A stretch of DNA of 32,100 bases from the NCBI GenBank assembly GCA_027016475.1, contig JALUTL010000183.1, forward strand, positions 1 through 32,100, written 5' to 3'. Under the pieces are notes generated by a model. The model saw only the letters and a program-made list of their open reading frames with translations. It was not told the origin of the DNA and did no database searches. The translations under genes and the position numbers were made by a program. Of this stretch, positions 1-9,021 are shown piece by piece (position 1 is the stretch's first letter; the number at the start of each line of letters is the position of its first letter). Source of the DNA: Candidatus Heimdallarchaeota archaeon (GTDB taxonomy: Archaea; Asgardarchaeota; Heimdallarchaeia; Heimdallarchaeales; Kariarchaeaceae).

Positions 1-15
1 GCCAATGAAAGCATT

Positions 16-453
16 TTGTCAGTCGTTAGATATTTCAATATGCAATATGAAATTGATAGTAATGTTGGCTGGGACTTTGCCATGGCAATAGAGGCAATCG
101 GCAGAGGGGCGACGCCCGATACAACAATTGGATCCGAAAAATTGGGATTCCATTTGCTGCCTGAAAAAACAGGTGCAGTTCTGAAGGCATTGCTTCAGGT
201 AAGTAAAGGGAGAACTGTGACGTATAAGGACTTGGCAACATTCGCAGGGCTTTCACCTCACCATGCACGATTTGTGGGAAATGTAATGGCATCTAATCCG
301 ATGCCACTTATAGTTCCTTGTCATCGTGTTGTTCTAGCAAATGGAAAGCTAGGAAATTACAGTGGTCAGGGTGGAGTACAATTTAAGAAGAACCTTCTAA
401 AACAAGAAGGCGTTTCATTGTGGCGCGAAGGTTTACTTATATTTAATAATTAA
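16..453 (+). CDS. ogt: methylated-DNA--protein-cysteine methyltransferase (Ogt/MGMT family)
   Basis: Active-site motif IVPCHRVV and preceding HTH-like segment (GRTVTYKDLATFAG). The reading frame is open back to nt 1, so the gene may be 5'-truncated by the window edge. The track start at 16 is TTG and the first ATG is at 40. Confidence 0.85.
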   Translation: MSVVRYFNMQYEIDSNVGWDFAMAIEAIGRGATPDTTIGSEKLGFHLLPEKTGAVLKALLQVSKGRTVTYKDLATFAGLSPHHARFVGNVMASNPMPLIVPCHRVVLANGKLGNYSGQGGVQFKKNLLKQEGVSLWREGLLIFNN

Positions 454-470
454 GAAAAGATAGAATATAT

Positions 471-1214
471 GTGGATCTAGTAGGTTTCATATCATACCTT
501 TTCGATTTTATGGTTGAAAGCTTTGATTCTTTTGGTATTTTTTTTGCTTTCTCGTTCCTTGTACTTTTCATGATTTTTCAGGCCATTGTTGCTCCAATCG
601 CTTCTGAGGCTGTACTTACTTCTGCTGGAGGCATTTTCAATGAAGCATTCCCTGTTTATGGAATTTACGTCGCAATCGCTGGCGGCATCATTGGTTCTCT
701 TCTCGGTGCTATAGTTGCATTTTGGATTGCAAGAAAGTTCAAGCAATGGATGCTGGTTTATATCGAAAAAAATGAACTGAAAGAAACGTTCAGTCCGTCA
801 CTTTTCGATCAGTTTCTCCTTTTTCTCTCAAAATTCATTGATGATGATGCGGGAGATTACGCCAAACTTATTGAGGAAAAAGGTTTTGTTATTGTGCTGG
901 TGGGAAGAATTTTGCCCTTTGTACCTTTTGACGTCGTTTCATACGGCGCCGGTTTTACTTCTATCAGGTTCAAAGATTTCATGATTGCAACAACGATTGG
1001 CACAATCCCTCGAGTCATATTCTACGTACTTGTTGGGACTAATTTGGCCACTGTTCTGATAGCTGATGCAAATTTGTTCATTCTTGTTTTTGGAATAGTC
1101 GTTACAATTATCTATTTCTTGTACAAGCTAACCAACAGGTATGTTCGATCTCTTAATCCCATTCCAGAAATGGAAAACCAAGGTATGGAAGAAAATAGCT
1201 GGTTGATAAAATAA
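471..1214 (+). CDS. DedA / VTT (SNARE-associated) family membrane protein
   Basis: Polytopic membrane protein with a DedA-like signature region (GRILPFVPFDVVSYGAGFT). GTG start. Confidence 0.7.
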   Translation: MDLVGFISYLFDFMVESFDSFGIFFAFSFLVLFMIFQAIVAPIASEAVLTSAGGIFNEAFPVYGIYVAIAGGIIGSLLGAIVAFWIARKFKQWMLVYIEKNELKETFSPSLFDQFLLFLSKFIDDDAGDYAKLIEEKGFVIVLVGRILPFVPFDVVSYGAGFTSIRFKDFMIATTIGTIPRVIFYVLVGTNLATVLIADANLFILVFGIVVTIIYFLYKLTNRYVRSLNPIPEMENQGMEENSWLIK

Positions 1215-1308
1215 TGCTCATTTGTGTGAGGTAAACTCTCAGAATGCACTGAGAACTTGAATTTTCACGGATGAAGAAAACAAAAGTTATAGCTTCCCAA
1301 ACGAACTC

Positions 1309-2016
1309 ATGATTGTGTCTCTCTGGATGTTCGAGTGGTTTCATTCTGATAATAGTCCAATATCAAACCGAGTTATAGATTTAATTCTGGCTTGGTACAT
1401 AATCGATATGGCGATGGTGTTCATTTATGGATTAGCGCTCAGAACTCCAGAGTACATCTATTTCTCTTTTTATCTGATTGTTTGGTTATTTACAGTTGGA
1501 AAACTAAAACAGAAAACCAATGAATTGATACATATGTCTCCGTTCTGGCTGTATTATTCATTGAGTGTTTTTGTCTTGTCCTTTGTTAACCTTACCTCAA
1601 TTTTCTTCATCTTCAACAATCCAGAAGAAATCCAAGCCAGCCAATTGTCACGCCAGACATTATACCTCAAAGTTCTTCTTCATCAGCTTCCCAGCTTTCT
1701 GTTATTGACTGCATTGATGATTGGGATGCACCGCTTGTTTCTATTGCAGGATTCAGATATGTTTGTGTTGCCCTGCATTACGGGACTATTCTTGGATTTC
1801 ATGTGGGGAAACTTTTCAATGGATATTTTTTGGCTTCTAGGAGGGGCATTTCTGGGAATATACGGCTCGATTTTCTCTTTCATTGAACCATTTAATTTTG
1901 AAAGAGGAAAAAATAGGTACATTTATCCAATTGGCATTGTCTCTATTCTTTTGGTTCTTATAGTCGGGAACTTCCTTGGATTGTACCTGATTCAGATGTT
2001 CCTTCCCGAGAATTAG
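1309..2016 (+). CDS. polytopic membrane protein, function unknown
   Basis: 235-aa ORF consisting almost entirely of hydrophobic helices, with no recognisable catalytic motif. Confidence 0.5.
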   Translation: MIVSLWMFEWFHSDNSPISNRVIDLILAWYIIDMAMVFIYGLALRTPEYIYFSFYLIVWLFTVGKLKQKTNELIHMSPFWLYYSLSVFVLSFVNLTSIFFIFNNPEEIQASQLSRQTLYLKVLLHQLPSFLLLTALMIGMHRLFLLQDSDMFVLPCITGLFLDFMWGNFSMDIFWLLGGAFLGIYGSIFSFIEPFNFERGKNRYIYPIGIVSILLVLIVGNFLGLYLIQMFLPEN

Positions 2017-2780
2017 TCCTGCTCAATAAAGTTTTTTATTGCATCAGCATATAGGAGAGGGCTGTACAGATACGGAAAGTGCCCTCCGTTTGCAAATGTT
2101 GTCACCCTTGCCTGCTTATAGTATGTTGCTACCATTTCCTTTGACATTTCAGGAATTACTGGATCATCAGCAACATTGATTACTTGGATTGGAAGAGTGG
2201 GAGAAATGGTCGGCAGAGGCAATTCAACCAAGTTCCACCAAATCCTTATCAATATTTCCTGCTTTGAAAGAGCATTTAGACTCTCTTTGAAATAGTTGTA
2301 AACCGTTCCATCTTCATCATAGTCCCCAATTCCTGCCTTGATCCCCTTCAAGAGCATCCTCCGCAATATGCGAGCAGGTGTGACTCTTGCGGCTTTTGCC
2401 TTCTTCAGGTTCTTCTTTATGATCTCATCGTTTGACACGTATGTGTTTCCCAAAGTTATTGAAAGCAAGTCAGAGCCATATTTTTCCCCATAATATTGAA
2501 CTATCCGCCCACCGACTGATGTGCCAACTAAATGGAACTTTTCACTGACCAAGCCTTGTATGGCCTCATGAAGTGCATCAACCATGTCAAAAAAATCTTC
2601 GATGTGAATATGGGAAACAGATATGACTTGATAGCTCTTTTTCAGATGGGACATGACCCCGCAGAATATTTTTGAATCACCGGCCGTTCCTGGAACAAAT
2701 ACAATTGGTGTGCCTTCTCCTTCCATTCTATAGTCGATTTTGTGTTCCTTTGACCCTTGTTCAATTGTAAAATACCTCAT
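2013..2780 (-). CDS. alpha/beta-fold hydrolase
   Basis: Nucleophile elbow G-T-S-V-G (LVGTSVGG), oxyanion-region FVPGTAGDS and C-terminal GGHFP. The ORF is open to 2879, but the ATG at 2780 (MRYFTIEQG) leaves a realistic divergent promoter spacer to the gene starting at 2897. Confidence 0.7.
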   Translation of the reverse strand: MRYFTIEQGSKEHKIDYRMEGEGTPIVFVPGTAGDSKIFCGVMSHLKKSYQVISVSHIHIEDFFDMVDALHEAIQGLVSEKFHLVGTSVGGRIVQYYGEKYGSDLLSITLGNTYVSNDEIIKKNLKKAKAARVTPARILRRMLLKGIKAGIGDYDEDGTVYNYFKESLNALSKQEILIRIWWNLVELPLPTISPTLPIQVINVADDPVIPEMSKEMVATYYKQARVTTFANGGHFPYLYSPLLYADAIKNFIEQD

Positions 2781-2896
2781 GCCTTTATCTTTGAGACATG
2801 CCAAGTTAACCATACCGACGCCTTTTTTTCTGAAATTAATTTTTTGGGAAAGTCCCAAATCAAAAACAACAAATTCCATTGGATTAAATTAACCCA

Positions 2897-3751
2897 ATGA
2901 AAAATTTCATCGCACCAGAAGAACTTCTTTCTCTCTGGCCAAACCATGATTTCAAACTGTTTGATGTACAATATGAGCTAGGAAATCCAATGGGTGGAAA
3001 GCACCTGTTTTTGAAATCACATATCCCAAGGGCTGTTTTTGCTGATTTAGAATCCGATTTATGTGGAGAAATTACCTCTCAGACTGGAAGGCACCCTTTG
3101 CCACCTATTACTCAATTCATTTCCTATCTTCAATCAACAGGCATAGAAAAGTATGACGACATCATTGCATATGACAACGCAGGTGGTGGATATGCTGCTC
3201 GGCTGTGGTGGATGCTAAAGACACTAGGTTTTTCCTCCGTCAAAGTAATGGAAGGTGGAATCCAACGATGGGCGAAAATTGGTGGAGTTACCGAACAGGG
3301 TACCCCTCAATACCAAATTATATCCAGTCAGCTTGAAAATCTCCCTCATTCTTGGGAAAACGGATTTATGCCGATTATAACAGCACAAACCCTAAAACTT
3401 GCCATAGAAAGGCAAGAAATTGTACCAATAGATTCCAGAAATGTCGAGAGGTACCTTGGTCTGGATAGTGGGCCAGATTTCATGGCTGGCCGAATACCGC
3501 AATCAATAAACCTTCCGTGGCAGGAAAATTTGAATCCTGATTTTAGCCTTAAACCACTGGATTCCCTGATCCATCTGTTCGAATCAAAGTTGAAAAGCAA
3601 CTCTGTATTCTATTGTGGATCAGGTGTTACTGCTTGTTTCAACATACTGCTGGCGGATGAATTGGGCTTTGGGCAAATTCCTCTTTATGCAGGGTCTTGG
3701 AGTGAATGGATAAGAAAATTTCCTGAATTAGTGGAAACAGGGGAAAAATAA
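2897..3751 (+). CDS. sseA: 3-mercaptopyruvate sulfurtransferase (tandem rhodanese domains)
   Basis: Two rhodanese-like halves. The catalytic loop CGSGVTA is the MST-type signature (thiosulfate sulfurtransferases have CRKGVTA). C-terminal YAGSWSEW motif. Confidence 0.8.
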   Translation: MKNFIAPEELLSLWPNHDFKLFDVQYELGNPMGGKHLFLKSHIPRAVFADLESDLCGEITSQTGRHPLPPITQFISYLQSTGIEKYDDIIAYDNAGGGYAARLWWMLKTLGFSSVKVMEGGIQRWAKIGGVTEQGTPQYQIISSQLENLPHSWENGFMPIITAQTLKLAIERQEIVPIDSRNVERYLGLDSGPDFMAGRIPQSINLPWQENLNPDFSLKPLDSLIHLFESKLKSNSVFYCGSGVTACFNILLADELGFGQIPLYAGSWSEWIRKFPELVETGEK

Positions 3752-3809
3752 TTTTGTCTATTATGTAAACTCATAGGTACATATATTGTGCATACCAATC
3801 AAATTTACC

Positions 3810-4848
3810 ATGAAATTCAAATTGCTTGGAAACTCAGGGTTGCGAGTGTCTGAAGTAGCCTTGGGAGGAATGACATTAAGTGCTACAAACCCATGGGGTT
3901 GGGGTGCTGACAAGACAACTTCTCTTGAATTGCTGAAAATGTTTTCAGACTACGGAGGTACATTTATTGACACTGCAAACAACTATACAAATGGTGAAAG
4001 CGAACAAGTCATTGGTGAATTTATCAAAGGTGATCGAGATCGCTATGTTATAGCAACAAATACACTCTCCATGACACCACAAAACCAAACTATCCCAATG
4101 CGAGCGGAAACCATCGCAAAATCTGTTTCGATCTGTTGGTGAAAGCCTCAAAAGGTTAGGAACAGATTACATTGATTTGTTGTATCTTCATGTCTGGGAT
4201 TATACAACACCAATTGAAGAAATAATGAAGAACCTTGAAATTTTGGTCAGTTCAACCAAAGTGAACTATATCGCGATTTCTGACACACCAGCATGGATAG
4301 TTTCAATGGCCAACATGATGGCCAAGGAAAGAGGTTGGACAGGATTTATAGCTTATCAATTTCCTTATGCCATGGTACGCAGAGATATGGAACATGATGT
4401 CATACCATGCGCAAGAGAAATTGGGTTGGCAATGGTGCCTTGGGGTATTTTGGCTGGTGGGCTACTTACAGGTAAATACACTAGAGGAACCAAATCCGGA
4501 CGTCTTGATCCTTCCAATATAATTCCTGAAAGGCTGGAAATAGCTCAGAAATTGGACGAATTGGCAGATGAATTAGAAATTGAATCATCTCAACTCGCCT
4601 TCGCTTGGGTAAAGCATCAGCATCAACAAATGTTCCCCATAGCTGGAGTTACAAAACCCCAGCAATTGCAGTCTGTTTTAGATGCTGTTGAGATTAGTTT
4701 ATCACAACAGGTTTTGGATCGGATTGATGAATTTACGAAAATTCAACCTTCATTTCCACAAAGCTTCGTGGCAAATAACAATGTCATTCGCCTAATTCAT
4801 GGAGAAACCTATCCTTTGCTTGAAAATCATCAGTTCAAAGGTTTTTGA
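3810..4848 (+). pseudogene. aldo/keto reductase disrupted by two single-base deletions
   Basis: The AKR N-terminus (LGNSGLRVSEVALGGM...FIDTANNYTNGESEQVIGEF...RYVIAT) reads in frame 3. The central part (KYTLHDTTKPNYPNASGNHRK) reads in frame 2. The rest (NLFRSVGESLKRLGTDYIDLLYLHVWD...) reads in frame 1. The frame changes fall at A-runs 4058-4060 and 4118-4121. Confidence 0.8.
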
Positions 4849-4868
4849 AAACGGAATACGGGAATGTT

Positions 4869-5321
4869 ATGGAAAACTGTCTCTTCCTCATATACTCACT
4901 TGATTACGAAAATTTGAGAACAACTATGCTCCAACATCTAATGATTCTTTCTCCAATGGGTCCCTGTTTCATACACAGATCATATTCCCATGCAAAAGTA
5001 GATCCTCAGGTAATTAGTGGCCTGGTTGCTGCACATGAGAGTAGCATGAAATTCATGGGAATAGCAAATATTCTCAAGGCAGAACTGGGCTCAGAAGAAA
5101 ATTTGGATGTTGAAATCAGGAAACACTACAACTACATTGCAGCAGCTATTTCTTCTGGCAAGACCGATCGTGAAAAACTGAAGACCGCTTTAGACAAGGT
5201 TAACCAACTAACTTATGAAGCATTTGGAAACCCACAAAAACTCTACTCAATAGATACGGACAAAATCCAGCAAATTGAACGGAAAATAGACATACTGTTG
5301 ACAAAAGAAGGTGTTCTCTAA
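4869..5321 (+). CDS. hypothetical protein, possibly with a Roadblock/LC7-like alpha/beta fold
   Basis: 150-aa ORF from ATG 4869 (the track start at 4845 is TTG). The alternating beta/alpha pattern (HLMILSPMGPCFIHRSY...DPQVISGLVAAHESSMKF...LDVEIRKHYNYIAAAIS) is reminiscent of roadblock domains. The fold call is weak. Confidence 0.45.
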   Translation: MENCLFLIYSLDYENLRTTMLQHLMILSPMGPCFIHRSYSHAKVDPQVISGLVAAHESSMKFMGIANILKAELGSEENLDVEIRKHYNYIAAAISSGKTDREKLKTALDKVNQLTYEAFGNPQKLYSIDTDKIQQIERKIDILLTKEGVL

Positions 5322-6154
5322 TAATCTGAAAATTCTATTGGTGTAAGCCTCTTTCCGACATAACTGAACTTAGCCACTTTTCCAATGCTCTCTGGCTTTT
5401 CATTGAAGGCAACCACTTCAATCTGAAGTATGGCACTTCCTCTCTGTTTTTCTTCTGATCTCGTAATTCGTAATACTCCATTGCAGGCATGTTCAATTCC
5501 TCGGACAATTTTCTCGTCGTGGGCATCTCGATGAATCGACAAAATTGTAGTGGAGTTTTTCAACTTGTCCATTACTCTTCTGTTTTGAATGAATGTATAC
5601 ACATCTCGATAGTCTGCAGCAGAGTAGATGATTGTTGAAAGGCTGATGCATGCACCCCGTACCCCCGTGGAAGGGCCTTCTTGAACATGGAGCAAAGCCC
5701 TTCGAATTGCTTCGTTAATCTCCCTTGGCTGAGTAAGATCCCGAATGGCTTCGATTCCGTCAGTATTGTCAACTGTCAGAATATCTGAACTAAATCCTCC
5801 TTGGGCAGCCCCACCCATAGACAATCCTAATTGGTATGACCCACTAAACCCATCTATGAACCTCAATCTGCCAGTTTGAAGTTCCATGTCCGGATTTCTT
5901 CCAAACATCTGAAAGGTATTGCGATAATAGTCATAGGTCTGTTCAGTTGATAACAAGTAAATGTAATCCATTGATTGAAGACCATTTGCCAAAAATGACA
6001 TGACAAAGGGAGTCGAATCCGCACCTATTTCATCTTCAATGAGCCATGTTGTTCCCCTTGGAAGCCCACCACCAACTATTTCATCCAGGGTTGGCAATCC
6101 AAATTTGCAGAGTTGAGCAAAACCACCACCAATATTGGCGAACATACATGACAA
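5318..6154 (-). CDS. KaiC/RecA-superfamily protein with degenerate Walker A and B (probable pseudo-ATPase)
   Basis: N-terminal GLPTLDEIVGGGLPRGTTWLI is typical of archaeal KaiC-like ATPases. The P-loop position reads EDEIGADST instead of GPPGTGKT, and the Walker B position reads CISLS instead of hhIDSLS. Confidence 0.65.
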   Translation of the reverse strand: MSCMFANIGGGFAQLCKFGLPTLDEIVGGGLPRGTTWLIEDEIGADSTPFVMSFLANGLQSMDYIYLLSTEQTYDYYRNTFQMFGRNPDMELQTGRLRFIDGFSGSYQLGLSMGGAAQGGFSSDILTVDNTDGIEAIRDLTQPREINEAIRRALLHVQEGPSTGVRGACISLSTIIYSAADYRDVYTFIQNRRVMDKLKNSTTILSIHRDAHDEKIVRGIEHACNGVLRITRSEEKQRGSAILQIEVVAFNEKPESIGKVAKFSYVGKRLTPIEFSDY

Positions 6155-6260
6155 TTATCGTAGGTATATTTGTACTGTTTGGAAACATTGTGTCAGAAAG
6201 CGTACTCATTGGCGATGAACACATTCAGAACCCTTTTCTTTTATCATATGAACGGATTTT

Positions 6261-7031
6261 ATGGATCTCCTTGAAATCATCCCTAATCATGGAATTGTGG
6301 CAGGGTATCCTTTCTTGATGCTGAAAAAGGAAAGAATTTTGGTTTTGGGAGATCTTCACATCGGGCAGGAATCTATCGTTTTGGACAGTTCAAGCAAAAC
6401 AATTTCACGATCAACCAACAAAATGCTCAACAAAATCCGGCACATCTGTGATTTGCTTGATGTCAAATCAATAGTTTTCAATGGCGACATCAAGCACTAT
6501 ACACTAGGGATAACAAATCAGGAGATAAAAGAGTTGGAACATTTGAATGAGCTCTTTTCAGATAAGGAGATTGTTTTCATCAAAGGCAATCATGACAGAT
6601 TCCTAAACTTAGCATCAAAGTTCTCAGGTGGCAAGCAAATCAAGATATGTGAATTTTTCCAAGTTGGTGACACTTTGATTTTTCATGGAGATAAAGAAAA
6701 GGACATTCCTCAGTCAGTCAAAAATTTGATATTAAGTCATGAACATCCATCATTTGTTTTCAAGGGTTCAGTTGGCGAACGAATCAAGCTTCCTGCATTC
6801 GCTTTCATGTCAAACTCAAGAATCGAGGGTAGACAATTGAACATCCTGATACTTCCTGCTTCAACAGGGTTAGCTGGTGGTGTCTCATTTCCCCCTTCGG
6901 CAATCAACGCGTTCCTTTCACCCCTTCTTAGACGAATTGCCCCTCCCGTAAAAATGGAAATTTTTCCATTTGATGAGGATGTAGGTATTCTTCCCATACC
7001 TCCACTTGTATTGACCCAGTCTAAACATTAA
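6261..7031 (+). CDS. calcineurin-like metallophosphoesterase (archaeal SbcD/Mre11-related type)
   Basis: Ordered phosphoesterase motifs GDLHIG, NGDIKH, GNHD, FHGD and SHEHP. Confidence 0.8.
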   Translation: MDLLEIIPNHGIVAGYPFLMLKKERILVLGDLHIGQESIVLDSSSKTISRSTNKMLNKIRHICDLLDVKSIVFNGDIKHYTLGITNQEIKELEHLNELFSDKEIVFIKGNHDRFLNLASKFSGGKQIKICEFFQVGDTLIFHGDKEKDIPQSVKNLILSHEHPSFVFKGSVGERIKLPAFAFMSNSRIEGRQLNILILPASTGLAGGVSFPPSAINAFLSPLLRRIAPPVKMEIFPFDEDVGILPIPPLVLTQSKH

Positions 7032-7057
7032 TCAAATCTGGCCAATAAATTAATATG

Positions 7058-7126
7058 CACAAGATGATGACTCTTATGTCAGTGATACAATTATGTAGAT
7101 GAAGTCTGACGGGCGATCTGATTGTG
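7058..7126 (+). ncRNA. candidate C/D box sRNA (2'-O-methylation guide)
   Basis: 5' stem CACAA (7058-7062) pairs with 3' stem TTGTG (7122-7126). C box ATGATGA 7064-7070. Degenerate D' GTGA 7082-7085. Degenerate C' AGATGA 7097-7102. D box CTGA 7118-7121. The D-guide TGACGGGCG (7107-7115) is complementary to the universal SSU rRNA sequence CGCCCGUCA. Confidence 0.55.
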
Positions 7127-7327
7127 CTAGCCTATTTTGTAGTGCTTGGATTTAAGAAACGCTTCAGGATCCTCCTTAAATCGATTCAAGCATGCAGGTG
7201 TACAAAAATAATATATTTTTCCGTTATGTTCTGCTACAAGCTTTTCTTGTGACTTATAGAGAATTGGCGCTCCACAAGCACTCAACTTGCGACTTTTCTT
7301 TGGCACAAAAAAAAAACTTGTTTTCAA
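7127..7327 (-). CDS. YHS/TRASH-domain metal-binding protein
   Basis: 66-aa protein with TRASH-type Cys spacing C-x22-C-x3-C (CGAPI...YYFCTPAC) and a C-terminal FKEDPEAF segment typical of YHS domains. Confidence 0.6.
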   Translation of the reverse strand: MKTSFFFVPKKSRKLSACGAPILYKSQEKLVAEHNGKIYYFCTPACLNRFKEDPEAFLKSKHYKIG

Positions 7328-7420
7328 TATATTTTCTTTGCCATGAAAATATCAAAAAATGCACTGATTTCGTTATAAAAACCACAAACATGAAGTATCC
7401 GAACTGTTCTGAGATTCAAT

Positions 7421-7840
7421 ATGCGATCGTTTTTTATTTCTGCTTGGGGACATCCTAATGTGACAGCCACCCACAAATCCACATGGGAGATAACAAAGGA
7501 CGACCATCTTGGTCCTAACGGGGACTGCATAGTGGGAATCAATGCAACTCATGCAGTAAAAGATTTTCCAGAGGATTTCAAGAGGCATTTACGGGAAGGT
7601 GGAAAATTTCGTATTGCAATCAAAGTAGGAAAGCTGGAGTTTTCAGGTGAAGGGAAAGGACACCCATCAATGTCACTTAGTCATGAAACTGATGCTGTGT
7701 TCAGAAGAAGTGAATTTGTATGTTCGAGAACCGCAGGGATAAATTGCACATTCGCTGCAAAAGACATTCCTAGAAATTTGGTTGAAATGTTGCTGGATCG
7801 AGATGCAAAATTTGAAGTCATCATTTCTTGGGACAAATGA
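7421..7840 (+). CDS. DUF371-family protein
   Basis: The N-terminal pattern AWGHPNVTATHKSTWEITKDDHLGPNGDCIVGINA matches my recollection of archaeal DUF371 proteins. Not verified by search. Confidence 0.5.
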   Translation: MRSFFISAWGHPNVTATHKSTWEITKDDHLGPNGDCIVGINATHAVKDFPEDFKRHLREGGKFRIAIKVGKLEFSGEGKGHPSMSLSHETDAVFRRSEFVCSRTAGINCTFAAKDIPRNLVEMLLDRDAKFEVIISWDK

Positions 7841-7908
7841 TCTGATTGGTTGAACCATATGGCTATCTAAGACCATTTAAAGTTGAACTTTCAATAGAAG
7901 CCTGACAT

Positions 7909-8946
7909 ATGGAAAACATCACTCCTTGCGTAATTGTATTGCCCAAACATGCGCAATCAGTTATTATATCTCTAAAGCAAAATGGGTTGTTAAACAATGA
8001 TTTCAAAGTCACAAATACAGGTAAAGCCATCAATATTCCCATAAATAATTTGGATAAGGCCAAGAAGTTGCTGGAGCAACTTGAAGTTCCCTACTCTGTA
8101 CAACTAATGGAAGTTGAGCCAAAAGAGACCAAACCTCATTCCATTAAGGAAATACTCATTGAACAGATCCCGAATAAGCTGATTGAATACATTCCAACTT
8201 CATTTGATATCATAGGTACGATTGCCATTGTTGAGTTGAAAGATGAAATTCGTTTCTGTGCGACTGAAATTGGCATGGCAATCATGGTGATTCATCCTAA
8301 CATTTCTTGTGTATATGAGAAAACTGGCGCAGTGAGTGGGCTTTATCGAACAAGGGAACTTGTTTGCATTGCAGGAAAGGATGATCCTCTGACAATCCAT
8401 AAGGAATACGGGCTGCAAATTGTTGTCGACGTCAAAAACACCTACTTCTCTCCTCGGCTTTCAACCGAACACAACAGGGTTGCCACCATGGTCCAGGAAA
8501 ATGAGAAAGTGTTGGACATGTTTTGTGGTGTCGGCAGTTTTCCGTTGCATATAGCCAAACGGATCTCTTCCCATGTTGTCGCTGTTGATCTTAACCCACA
8601 TGCTATTGCTTGTCTCAAACAGAGTATTTCTAAAAACAAACTTGTTGGGAAAATAGAACCCTTACAGGCTGATGCAAAGACCCTTTCTTTCAATCCCAAT
8701 TCTGTTGATCGCATCATCATGAATCATCCATCGCAAGCTATGAACTACCTAGAACATGCAATTCATTTTTTGAAACGAAGTGGAAAGATACACTTCTACT
8801 GCTTTGCTCCGATCAAGGACACCGAAGATTTTATCACCCACAAGCTTAAGGAGGCTGACATAAATTTACATGTGAAGAAAGTAACTGTTGTCAGACAATA
8901 CTCTCCTACCGAAAACCATGTTTGTGCTGATCTGGTTTATCCCTGA
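7909..8946 (+). CDS. trm5: tRNA (guanine37-N1)-methyltransferase, Trm5/Taw22 (Met-10+ like)
   Basis: Class I SAM motif VLDMFCGVGSFPLHIA, catalytic-region IIMNHPS, and length and N-terminal domain typical of archaeal Trm5. Confidence 0.75.
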   Translation: MENITPCVIVLPKHAQSVIISLKQNGLLNNDFKVTNTGKAINIPINNLDKAKKLLEQLEVPYSVQLMEVEPKETKPHSIKEILIEQIPNKLIEYIPTSFDIIGTIAIVELKDEIRFCATEIGMAIMVIHPNISCVYEKTGAVSGLYRTRELVCIAGKDDPLTIHKEYGLQIVVDVKNTYFSPRLSTEHNRVATMVQENEKVLDMFCGVGSFPLHIAKRISSHVVAVDLNPHAIACLKQSISKNKLVGKIEPLQADAKTLSFNPNSVDRIIMNHPSQAMNYLEHAIHFLKRSGKIHFYCFAPIKDTEDFITHKLKEADINLHVKKVTVVRQYSPTENHVCADLVYP

Positions 8947-9021
8947 ACCTGATGATTCCCTAATATTTCATCCATGGGTTCTTTAAGAAAAAGCTATATT
9001 CAACCGCGAAAATAGATTTTT

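Noticed and set aside
2781-2879. 33-codon N-terminal extension of the alpha/beta hydrolase ORF.
   Set aside because: It would leave only 17 nt to the divergent sulfurtransferase start. The internal ATG at 2780 gives a typical hydrolase N-terminus.
7307-7316. A10 homopolymer (T10 on the coding strand) in codons 5-8 of the TRASH gene, considered as a slipped-strand phase-variation switch.
   Set aside because: It simply encodes Phe-Phe-Phe in an AT-rich genome. There is no evidence of alternative-frame products. Noted only because of the A-run frameshifts in the AKR gene.
6046-7588. Track ORFs bridging intergenic regions or overlapping real genes (6046-6318, 7192-7458, 7324-7542, 7373-7588).
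   Set aside because: They overlap better-supported genes (KaiC-like, TRASH, DUF371), have no motifs and show atypical composition.
8947-9021. C-box-like CTGATGA at 8950-8956 as a second C/D sRNA.
   Set aside because: No downstream CTGA D box or terminal stem occurs within a plausible distance on either strand.
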